From Patescibacteria group bacterium (lineage in GTDB: Bacteria; Patescibacteriota; UBA1384; XYA2-FULL-43-10; 1-14-0-10-43-13), in contig JBAYHC010000001.1 of NCBI GenBank assembly GCA_041666325.1, positions 393,708 to 457,707 on the forward strand: 64,000 nucleotides of DNA, read 5' to 3'. Numbering within the stretch: position 1 is the stretch's first letter; the number at the start of each line of letters is the position of its first letter. This document shows positions 29,976 through 38,055 of the stretch, one piece after another. The translations under genes and the position numbers were made by a program. Below the pieces are notes generated by a model. The model was given only the letters and a program-made list of their open reading frames with translations. It was not told the origin of the DNA and made no database searches.

Positions 29976-30583
29976 TACACTTGCTTGCTTGCGGTTCTCA
30001 AAGATTCTATCCTCTTCCCTAGTTTAAACTTGATTAGCAGAACACCAGTTAAATCGTAGAAGAAAATGTACAAAGGAAATGCAAAGTAGGCAAAAGACCA
30101 GTTTTTGAGCGACAGCATCGCCAGAGTAACACTGATAAATGAGGACATGAATTCTATCCAGTTCTCTGATTCTGGATATCTGTAGGCTTTCTTTAAGGTG
30201 GGTATGCCAGCCATGAGATCAGAAAAGATACTGAACATGATTGCAACATTTCCAATGCTGGTTAAACGCCAGAGAATTAAACCGATCACAGATAGTGCCC
30301 CGCACAGTAAGTCAAACTTGGTAATTTTCCAGAATGCTTTTTTATTTACAAAGGAAGCAAAGAATACTAGCAAGGGAACAAAACCAACCATAAATGTGGC
30401 GAGTGATTGGATACCGACACCCTGGCTGATCTCAGCAGAAAAAGCAACAAGAACACCAATGCCCCACAGTCCCCAGCTGACTCTGTTGGGCTGTATTTTA
30501 CCCTGGATCGTGTCTTTGATGTAGCTTGCCCCACCCAATAAGTTGATTAGGGCTCCAAGATAAACAAAGTTCTCACTAATCAT
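29975..30583 (-). CDS. small polytopic membrane protein (putative transporter)
   Basis: 202 aa with about 6 TM segments. GGGAG RBS. Confidence 0.5.
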   Translation of the reverse strand: MISENFVYLGALINLLGGASYIKDTIQGKIQPNRVSWGLWGIGVLVAFSAEISQGVGIQSLATFMVGFVPLLVFFASFVNKKAFWKITKFDLLCGALSVIGLILWRLTSIGNVAIMFSIFSDLMAGIPTLKKAYRYPESENWIEFMSSFISVTLAMLSLKNWSFAYFAFPLYIFFYDLTGVLLIKFKLGKRIESLRTASKQV

Positions 30584-30671
30584 TGATTCACTCCCACCCG
30601 TCTAATATCTGCTCATTTACAAGCATGTCCTTCTCCTTCAGAGAAAAAGCTATCTTCATGGTTAAAACAAT

Positions 30672-30985
30672 ATTCCCAAATTACTTAATCTGCAATGGAT
30701 TGATTTCGCTGTAACCGCCCACACGGCCCTCCCATTCGACTCCTCCGCCAGCTGGTGGATTCGCTCAGGGTAGGCCCTTCAAAAGGAGGGGGCATTGCCG
30801 CATAGATTCACGGCTTGACCGGGAAGAACAGGAAGGAGTGTTTCGTCTCGTAAACGGTGGGATCTCTCGCCTTGATTCATTCCGCCCAACGGAAGGTCCC
30901 TCGGCAAGCTCGGGATGGCTTCGCCAGTTCACCTCAATGGCTCGAAATGACATCATAAATAGAAAATAAATTCTGCTGGTCCTAG
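30672..30985 (-). ncRNA. candidate structured 5' leader (copy B) upstream of the membrane-protein gene
   Basis: It is a diverged copy of 29765-29975, in the same position relative to its gene. Confidence 0.3.
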
Positions 30986-31519
30986 CTATTTCTTTTTTAC
31001 GAGATAGCGAATAATTGTTTTGGCTTTGGGGCCGGGTTTGGTGAGGTATTCTTCCTCGTGCTGACCGGCGATTTCGTAGCCGGAGGCGGTGATGAAGTCA
31101 TGGAGGGCTTGGATCGTTGGGCCTTCGTCGGCGTAGGTGCCGATATAGAGAACTTCGGCGCATTCGCCGCCCCTCCAGACATCAACCTTTGCCAAAATTT
31201 TGGGATCTTTTTGGGTGATGTCTTTTTCGGTCACATAGTCAGGAACGGGCACTCCCCAAATGCCGGTCCATTCACTTTTGGATTTGAGGTGGGCGTCAGG
31301 CCAGAAGGCAGTGAGTTTCCCAAGCTCCATTTTAATGCCTTTTGGTTTGTAGACCTTCATTTTGGCATAGTAAACCGCGCCGTAGAGCGCTTTCATGTAC
31401 GGCTCCATCACGACATTCGGGTCTCCCACTGAGGTTACCGTTACCACTTTCCGATCCTCAATTTTGGAAATCTGGGGTGTAAATGGCTTCATATTCCTCC
31501 ACTTAATTACATAGGCCAC
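30986..31519 (-). CDS. GyrI-like small-molecule-binding domain protein
   Basis: '...SGYEIAGQHEEEYLT' is typical of the AraC-effector/GyrI-like fold. The start is probably the internal 'MKPFTPQ'. Confidence 0.5.
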   Translation of the reverse strand: MAYVIKWRNMKPFTPQISKIEDRKVVTVTSVGDPNVVMEPYMKALYGAVYYAKMKVYKPKGIKMELGKLTAFWPDAHLKSKSEWTGIWGVPVPDYVTEKDITQKDPKILAKVDVWRGGECAEVLYIGTYADEGPTIQALHDFITASGYEIAGQHEEEYLTKPGPKAKTIIRYLVKKK

Positions 31520-31651
31520 TTAAGCGCCTCTCTTTTCAATTTTGAGACAGGCACTGTGTTCGTCTGTCACAATTCTGTCACAATTTTATTCCCAAATTTT
31601 TCGCTATACAAGATTCGCTCCATAGCTCTAAGTTTATGCTATACTACTAAT

Positions 31652-32890
31652 ATGAAAAAGAGGGGCATATTGCCTATTTTTATTGCACTGATTGTTGTCG
31701 GTGTTATTGGTGTTGGCGGTGGCAGTTATGCCGGGGCGCAGTATTACCAGTCGGATAAATATCAGAAACAAGCTGATAATTTGCTCAGCAATGGCCAATA
31801 CGATGAAGCGCTTGTACTCTATCAAAAATCCCTCTCCAAATGGAATCGAGATGAGACGAGGGCAAAACAAGATTTTGCCCGCCAGGAAAAAGAGGCAGCA
31901 AAGTTAATTGCAGGGATAAAGGAGAACTCAAACCAAGTTGACGGCCAGAGCTGTTTAGATCGCCTAAAAAGTATTACCCCGTCATCACGTCAGTATTCAG
32001 AGGCAGAGATACTGGCCAGAAATTGCCAGGCAAAATTAGAAGAAGACCAAAAAAAAGAAGCTCAAGTAGCCAAGCAAGCCGAGGAAGAAGCAGCCAAGAA
32101 GGCAGAAGAGGCTAGATTGGCCGAGGAGGCGAAGAAAAAACAAACAACGGCCTCCACTCCAACAACATCTGCCCCAACAACGTCTACTCCATCAACCAAC
32201 CAATCTACCGCCCAAGAGTCTGCTACCCCAGCCACTCCAACCGAAAGCGCTCCTGTTGCATCAACAACCCAAACTACCGACCCTAATGCTTGCACCAGTA
32301 ACCCCAATCCGGTATTTACCCACCACCTCACCGATACCAGCAAAATCGTCGATATTGCTATTCCTCCCCGAATTATTGGCGGCCATTTGAAAACTCATAG
32401 TTACGTCGAGACAAATTTTCAAAGAGTACCACTCTACGCTCCGGCCGACATGCAGCTCTATGGCGGAGTCCACCTGTCTCACGGTAGCGATCCCGATGAT
32501 TACGGCTTTGATTCCAAGGTCAGCTGCGAGGTAATGGTCCGTCTGGGCCATATTACCGACCCAATTCAATCGATCAAAGATACTTTCCCGACTGCGACAA
32601 CAGATTCGAGAACCAACTATAATATTACGCCGATCAACTTTAAAGCCGGGGAGCTGCTCGGCTACACCACCGGAACAGCCGCGGCCGGCAACTGGGATTT
32701 TGGTCTCTACAATTCCAGCACAAAAAATCGCTATGCCGATGATCCGGAGTGGGATGATAGTTCGATCTATACTACTGCCGTTTGCCCCTATGATTATTTT
32801 TCAACAGAACTAAAATCAGCCTATAGTGCAAAATACATCCAGGACTTCGGTGTCAGCGTCCTGGATGGTGCCTTCTTCTGCCAACAGTGA
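31652..32890 (+). CDS. secreted degenerate LytM(M23)-like protein, paralog (P/T/A-rich linker)
   Basis: The ORF track gives 31556..32890. The signal-anchor 'MKKRGILPIFIALIVVGVIG' starts at the ATG at 31652, so the gene is called from there. It carries 'LYAPADMQLYGG', 'KAGELLGYTTGTAAAGNWDFGLYN' (a stand-in for the M23 'GPHLHFE') and 'CPYDYFSTELKSAYS'. Confidence 0.55.
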   Translation: MKKRGILPIFIALIVVGVIGVGGGSYAGAQYYQSDKYQKQADNLLSNGQYDEALVLYQKSLSKWNRDETRAKQDFARQEKEAAKLIAGIKENSNQVDGQSCLDRLKSITPSSRQYSEAEILARNCQAKLEEDQKKEAQVAKQAEEEAAKKAEEARLAEEAKKKQTTASTPTTSAPTTSTPSTNQSTAQESATPATPTESAPVASTTQTTDPNACTSNPNPVFTHHLTDTSKIVDIAIPPRIIGGHLKTHSYVETNFQRVPLYAPADMQLYGGVHLSHGSDPDDYGFDSKVSCEVMVRLGHITDPIQSIKDTFPTATTDSRTNYNITPINFKAGELLGYTTGTAAAGNWDFGLYNSSTKNRYADDPEWDDSSIYTTAVCPYDYFSTELKSAYSAKYIQDFGVSVLDGAFFCQQ

Positions 32891-32943
32891 ACAGCTCTTT
32901 GCTCGTTTCTAATCCAACCCTAACAGTGCACTTGACACTAAGA

Positions 32944-34359
32944 TCACTCATATCTCAGTGCCTCGACCGGATCTAGTTTGGCGGCACGGATGGCCGGATA
33001 GATGCCAGCCATCATACCGATGAATGTTGTAAAAGCGAGAGTACTAAGTATCAGCCAGGTTGGGAAGGTTAGGGAAATATCATTGGTGATGCCTGCCCTC
33101 GGCAGATAGATAGCCAAATAATGGTTAGCAACTTGCGCCAAACCGTAACAGAGAAACAAACCGAAAACTCCACCCCAGAAGCCAATCATCGCTGCCTCAA
33201 AAGTGAAGAGCCGTCGGATGGTTGCTCGCGTCGCGCCACACGCTCGCATTACTCCGATTTCATATGTGCGCTCATACATAGACATCACCATAGTGTTGAC
33301 GATGCCGATACCGGCAACAAAGAGGGCGATGCCGCCGATAATAGAAAGCATTATCGATAGACCAGTCAGCATCTCCATGAGATCAGCCAGGGCATCTTTT
33401 GAGGTAGTGGTACCATAACCCATCTTTTCGATCTTGTCCGCGATACCGGCCACACTGTCTGGCGTATCAGCCTTCACTAGGATAGAACTATAACCATTGT
33501 CAATGATACGGTTAGAGGTTTTGAGATACATTGGCGGATTCATCTTCGATGAGTCGAGCCCAGACATCTGTCTCCTCTTTTGCTCTGCCTCGTCATACTC
33601 CCAACGTTGATCCACCGAAAGTTCCTTGGCAAAATCAAGGGTTATGAAGTTTTGCCCGTCAATCGATGGCGAGCTAGCCACCCCAACAATCTCAACCTCA
33701 AATTCGATAATCTTATTTTGCAGCTCATCTTGATCTTTTTTGGCATTACTGAAATCTGGTTTGGGAACTTCTGCGCCCCAACCAGAATACCAACCCTGAG
33801 TCATGATAACTAATTTTTTACCGACAAGCTCCTTCGGCTTCTCGGTATAACCAAAGTATTTGACGGCTTCCATTCCGAGAACAACACTACCGATATCATC
33901 TTTTTTGAGTTCTCGTCCGGCAATTATTGGGATCTTAATCGTTTTTGTTCCGGCCTCTAGACCGGTGAACATCGACCAGCGCCGCTTGGTCTCACCCTTA
34001 ATGTACATTTTGTTAAAATTAACTGTTGCACTAGGACTAACATCGGTCACATTCGCCATCCGCTTAAACTCTGCGACCGTCTTATCGTCAAGTTTTTTGC
34101 ATTCTTCGGTGCAGCCACTCTCAGTAAAGAACCCTTGTCTTGAGTCTAACAGAGTAGCGCTGGGCGAAACAGTGACAAGAGAAAGGCCGCCCATCTTCTC
34201 GAGCTGTTCTCTAAAGGCTTTCTTTGCATTCGCAGCAAGAGACGCAATCAGAATAATAACAACGGCGCCGATAACTATTGAGATAATAGTCAAAATCGAC
34301 CGCGTCTTCTGCCGCCACAAATTCTTAAAAGCCGTTTTTATGTAGTCAGATGATCTCAT
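32944..34359 (-). CDS. MacB/FtsX-type ABC transporter permease
   Basis: 'MRSSDYIKTAFKNLWRQKTRSILTIISIVIG' is followed by a large extracytoplasmic domain and 3 C-terminal TMs. Confidence 0.8.
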   Translation of the reverse strand: MRSSDYIKTAFKNLWRQKTRSILTIISIVIGAVVIILIASLAANAKKAFREQLEKMGGLSLVTVSPSATLLDSRQGFFTESGCTEECKKLDDKTVAEFKRMANVTDVSPSATVNFNKMYIKGETKRRWSMFTGLEAGTKTIKIPIIAGRELKKDDIGSVVLGMEAVKYFGYTEKPKELVGKKLVIMTQGWYSGWGAEVPKPDFSNAKKDQDELQNKIIEFEVEIVGVASSPSIDGQNFITLDFAKELSVDQRWEYDEAEQKRRQMSGLDSSKMNPPMYLKTSNRIIDNGYSSILVKADTPDSVAGIADKIEKMGYGTTTSKDALADLMEMLTGLSIMLSIIGGIALFVAGIGIVNTMVMSMYERTYEIGVMRACGATRATIRRLFTFEAAMIGFWGGVFGLFLCYGLAQVANHYLAIYLPRAGITNDISLTFPTWLILSTLAFTTFIGMMAGIYPAIRAAKLDPVEALRYE

Positions 34360-34374
34360 AAATACTCAGGTAGA

Positions 34375-35817
34375 TTATTGCTGTTTCAGCGCCTCCACCG
34401 GATTAAGCCTTGCAGCCTTAAGTGCCGGATAAAGACCGGCGAATAAGCCAATGGTGGTAGTAAAACCAATAACACCAAAGACCAGCCAATAGGGAAAATA
34501 GACGAATGTCTGAATCGGGATACTGGCCAACCCACCAAACTTTTCTGCTGCCCAGTCTCCAATCAATGCCAAAATATAGGTTATTAACAAGCCCAAAGAG
34601 CCGCCCAACAGCCCAATTGTGGCTGCCTCAAAAGTAAAGAGCCGTCGCACAGTCGCTCTGGTCGCGCCACAAGCTCTCATCACCCCGATCTCCCGCCGCC
34701 GCTCAAAGATGGCCATCGCCATAGTGTTGATAATACCGATCGCCGCAACAATCAGCGATACACCACCAATTGCAGCTAAGATATTGGTTAAGATTTTGAT
34801 CAGCCGCAAAATTTCATCAATCATCTCCTTGGCTGTGCTGGCACCGTAACCCAACTTCTTGACTTCGGCTGCAACTGCATCGGTATTTTTGGAGTCATCT
34901 ACCTTGATAACGACAGCGTTATAACCGCTCTTTGCAAGTTCGTCGATCGTGACCAGTTCGTAGAAATCAGGTTTTCCTCCGGAAGAGCTCTTGCTGCCGC
35001 CAAAATTGGATCTTTGCTGTTCCTCCCAAGCCCGACTTTTCTCTTCATTTTGCCGCCACTCCCGCCTGGTTTGCACTGCTCTTCCCCACTCCATGTTGGT
35101 ATAATTTTGCCAGTCATCGCCAGAAGGGGTAGCCACACCGACAATTTCAACCTCTATCTGATGTTTTTGTTGTTCTTGATCTTTGAACCATTTCTCGCTA
35201 TCGCCGTTTTGTGGTGGCTTGGGCACATCCGCACCCCAACCCGAATACCAGCCCTTTGCGCTAAGCAGCACTTTTTTGCCAACAATTTCCTCCGGTTTAT
35301 CATTATAGCCAAGTGCTTTTAAGTTGCCACTCCCGATTACAATTTTGCCCATATCATTTTTATTGACCGGCCGGCCGACAGAAACATCAATAGTATAGGC
35401 CTGTGTCTCCGTATCCAAAGCAAGCAGACCGGCCCGGATTTTCTTGCCACTGCCTTCTTTGAGTTGCATGCTTTCAAACCAGAGACTCGCGGTTGGTGTA
35501 GCATCAACAACATGCTTGATCTTCTTGACTGCCGCAATTGTCGTGTCGTCAACTTTCTTGCCGCCAGTTGTGTCTCCTCCGCCGGCATTAATCATGCCGC
35601 CCGTCTCATCGTCCTGATTCGGAGCAAGAGTAACCATATTCAAAATACCGAGATTGTTAATCATCTCCTTAAAGCTTAAGCCGACATTCTGGCCAATTGA
35701 GACAAGCGTCGTGACTGCAATAGCACCAATAACAACAGCAGAAACAGTCAAAAAAGTTCGGAGTTTTCGCCGAGTCAGATTACGAAAAGCTAATTTGATG
35801 TAGTCAAGAAATTTCAT
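34375..35817 (-). CDS. MacB/FtsX-type ABC transporter permease (paralog of the adjacent gene)
   Basis: 'MKFLDYIKLAFRNLTRRKLRTFLTV...' is followed by a periplasmic domain and an FtsX-type C-terminus. Confidence 0.8.
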   Translation of the reverse strand: MKFLDYIKLAFRNLTRRKLRTFLTVSAVVIGAIAVTTLVSIGQNVGLSFKEMINNLGILNMVTLAPNQDDETGGMINAGGGDTTGGKKVDDTTIAAVKKIKHVVDATPTASLWFESMQLKEGSGKKIRAGLLALDTETQAYTIDVSVGRPVNKNDMGKIVIGSGNLKALGYNDKPEEIVGKKVLLSAKGWYSGWGADVPKPPQNGDSEKWFKDQEQQKHQIEVEIVGVATPSGDDWQNYTNMEWGRAVQTRREWRQNEEKSRAWEEQQRSNFGGSKSSSGGKPDFYELVTIDELAKSGYNAVVIKVDDSKNTDAVAAEVKKLGYGASTAKEMIDEILRLIKILTNILAAIGGVSLIVAAIGIINTMAMAIFERRREIGVMRACGATRATVRRLFTFEAATIGLLGGSLGLLITYILALIGDWAAEKFGGLASIPIQTFVYFPYWLVFGVIGFTTTIGLFAGLYPALKAARLNPVEALKQQ

Positions 35818-35892
35818 GGTTTCGTATTTGGGGGTTAGTATTTCGTATTTAGTACCGAAAGGAACCAGCTCCCAAATACCAATCCCGGAATA
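35818..35892. repeat. 'GTATTTCGTATTT' inverted-repeat element (copy 1)
   Basis: 'ggtttcgtatttggggg ttagtatttcgtatttagtacc...tcccaaatacc' lies between the permease and ATPase genes. Confidence 0.45.
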
Positions 35893-36555
35893 CTAGCTTA
35901 TCTTTCCATCTTGGATTTTGATCACTCGATCAGCTTCTTTCGCAACATCGGGATCGTGCGTGATAACAACCAAGGTAATGCCACCACTCTTGTTGAGCTC
36001 TTTCAGTAAAGCCACAATCTCCTGGCCGCGCTTGGAATCAAGGTTGCCGGTCGGCTCATCAGCGATAATGATCTTTGGATTATTGGCCAAAGCCCGGGCA
36101 ACACAGACCCGTTGGCGCTGGCCACCCGAGAGCTGATCGGGCCGATGGTTCATTCGGTCTTCGAGACCAACTGCTTTTAGACAAGCTATGGCCCGTTCCT
36201 TCCTGGCTCCACCGCTAACCTTGGCGAAGACTAACGGAATCATGACGTTTTCCAGGGCAGTATAGCCAGTCTGAAGATTGAAGGACTGAAAAATAAAACC
36301 TATTTTTTTATTACGATAGAAGGACAAGGCTTTATCACCAGCTTGAGAGATATCCTCGCTATCCACCAGGACCTTGCCGGCATCCGGTTCATCCAAGCCG
36401 CCGATAATATTAGCCAGGGTTGATTTGCCTGATCCGGAAGGCCCCATGATTGCCACAAAATCACCATCTTTGATGGTTAGATCAACATTATTAAGAGCAT
36501 ATATTTCTTCCCCACCCAATTTGTAAGCTTTGGTCACACCCTTGAGTTCGATCAT
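35893..36555 (-). CDS. ABC transporter ATP-binding protein (MacB/FtsE-like)
   Basis: 'GPSGSGKST', 'LSGGQRQRVCVARAL' and 'IIADEPTGNLD' are present. Confidence 0.9.
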   Translation of the reverse strand: MIELKGVTKAYKLGGEEIYALNNVDLTIKDGDFVAIMGPSGSGKSTLANIIGGLDEPDAGKVLVDSEDISQAGDKALSFYRNKKIGFIFQSFNLQTGYTALENVMIPLVFAKVSGGARKERAIACLKAVGLEDRMNHRPDQLSGGQRQRVCVARALANNPKIIIADEPTGNLDSKRGQEIVALLKELNKSGGITLVVITHDPDVAKEADRVIKIQDGKIS

Positions 36556-36619
36556 CTCCCCCCTCTCTTATCTGTGGCAGCACTAGTATTATTCTGAATT
36601 AGTTATCATTCTATTACCA

Positions 36620-36925
36620 TCCAGCCAAGTTGTCCAGCAGGAAGTAGGGAAAAAATTTTAACGCGACTTATCTTTTCCAAACCTCGGCCGGGCGAGCCGA
36701 CTTTAATACCACCAATCGGATTAACTTGCCGGATGTTCTCCAGACCAGTGAATCCGACAGTAAAACAGACTTGGGGTTGCTTTCACAATTTTGACTCCCG
36801 TCCTTCTCGAAGAGATTGGCAATCGTTTTTTTGTTGTCATTGGTCTAACTATTCTGCCGACCAGGACGAAATTTACCGATGGCCAAAACAATCAGGGCAA
36901 GCAAAACAACAACTACAGTGGTCAT
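36620..36925 (-). pseudogene. decayed N-terminal fragment of a LytM-like paralog
   Basis: The minus-strand translation gives 'MTTVVVVLLALIVLAIGKFRPGRQNS*' (a TM anchor). After a frameshift it gives '...ESNPK / CFTVGFTGLENIRQVNPIGGIKVGSPGRG...', which closely matches 'ESNPKPVFTSGFTDLENIKQVNPIGGIMVGSPGRS' of the 23270..24445 product. The nucleotide sequence is also about 75% similar to 24090-24200. Confidence 0.55.
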
Positions 36926-36985
36926 AATTAGGACCTTCGGCCATTTAGATTTTCTTTCACTTTCTTGTTCTGGATTCTTCTTATC

Positions 36986-38017
36986 TCATCTCTCGCCGCC
37001 ACTACCATTTCCTCCACCGGTGCCGGTGCCGGTGCCGGAGCCAGAGTTAGTCGAGCTTGAAGTGCTCGTCGAAGTAGAGGTACTCGTTGAAGTGGTTGAA
37101 TTTGAGGTTGATGGAATTGAGCTCGAACTCGTCGTCGCCGGAGTTGCGCCGGCGCAATAATCGCTCATTGATCCCGGAGAGGTGGCCGGCAAAGCTTTTA
37201 CCGTGGTCGTATCGCCGGTTGCAAGATAATCGATCCAGCAGATACCATGCCACGCCAGATCTTTGTCATCACTGTGAGCCGCCTGGTAAGTTGCACCTTT
37301 GGACGCCTCGTTGGCTTGGCGCAGGTCGTAGACGCCATAATCAAAGAAAGCGTTGCCCTCGCCAAGTAAACCGACAGCTGTGGCAATGGTATCGCCAACC
37401 TTAACTTTGACTACTGAGTTTATCTGGGTAGTGCGGGAATCCATCTCTTGCGCCGCCGGGAACTGCTCAGCTAAAGCCGCAAAGGTTGGTGATAACGTCC
37501 TTAAGTGCCCTAGACGATATTTGATACCGCAAGAATTAACAAAATCAAAGGTATACTGGATCTCGCCGCCGACTAAGTAGCGACTCCCATCAATAACAGT
37601 CGCATCCAGCGGCGCCGTCACAGTTTGCGCATTTGAGCCATCAGCAAAGCGAAAACCGCCGTGAGGCTTGTAATTGTCCCCACGGTATTGTCCGGGATAA
37701 AGAATGGAAACAGCTTTGGAAACATCGGCTGGCGCTGGTAAAACCAGCGGCGAAGAGCAAGCCGGCGCCGTACCGCTAGCCCGATAGGTGCCATCATTAT
37801 CCATCACCCAACGTACATCTGACGAAGAACCGGATTTGCTGCTCGAACTCTTCTCCGTAACTGGCGTGTTCTCCTTGGCCACATCGGACTTTCCGGCAAA
37901 AGCAAAATACCCGCCCGCTCCAATCACGATAACAAGAATAATGATAATAATCGGCCCTAATTTACCCTTTTGCGGCTTATCTGTTCCTTGACCGACTTTC
38001 TGTTCTTCTGTCTCCAT
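36986..38017 (-). CDS. secreted degenerate LytM(M23)-like protein, paralog (S/T- and G-rich C-terminal tail)
   Basis: The ORF track gives 36986..38041. The ATG at 38017 ('METEEQKV') is preceded by AGGAGGG, so the gene is called from there. It has a TM anchor and shares 'CGIKYRLGHLRTL' and 'KVGDTIATAVGLLGEGNAFFDYGVYD' with the paralog family. The tail encodes (TS)n and GSGTGTG repeats. Confidence 0.55.
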   Translation of the reverse strand: METEEQKVGQGTDKPQKGKLGPIIIIILVIVIGAGGYFAFAGKSDVAKENTPVTEKSSSSKSGSSSDVRWVMDNDGTYRASGTAPACSSPLVLPAPADVSKAVSILYPGQYRGDNYKPHGGFRFADGSNAQTVTAPLDATVIDGSRYLVGGEIQYTFDFVNSCGIKYRLGHLRTLSPTFAALAEQFPAAQEMDSRTTQINSVVKVKVGDTIATAVGLLGEGNAFFDYGVYDLRQANEASKGATYQAAHSDDKDLAWHGICWIDYLATGDTTTVKALPATSPGSMSDYCAGATPATTSSSSIPSTSNSTTSTSTSTSTSTSSSTNSGSGTGTGTGGGNGSGGER

Positions 38018-38055
38018 ATCAGGCCCTCCTAAACAAATCATCTAGCTAAAAGTCT

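Noticed and set aside
31556-31651. N-terminal 32 codons of the 444-aa ORF
   Set aside because: The sequence 'MFVCHNSVTILFPNFSLYKIRSIALSLCYTTN' precedes a typical signal-anchor that begins at an internal Met (MKKRGILPIF). The upstream part overlaps a promoter-like AT-rich region.
36733-36927. 64-aa plus-strand ORF in the 430-bp gap
   Set aside because: The region is better explained as the antisense of a decayed LytM-paralog fragment (minus strand), whose translation matches a neighbouring gene product.
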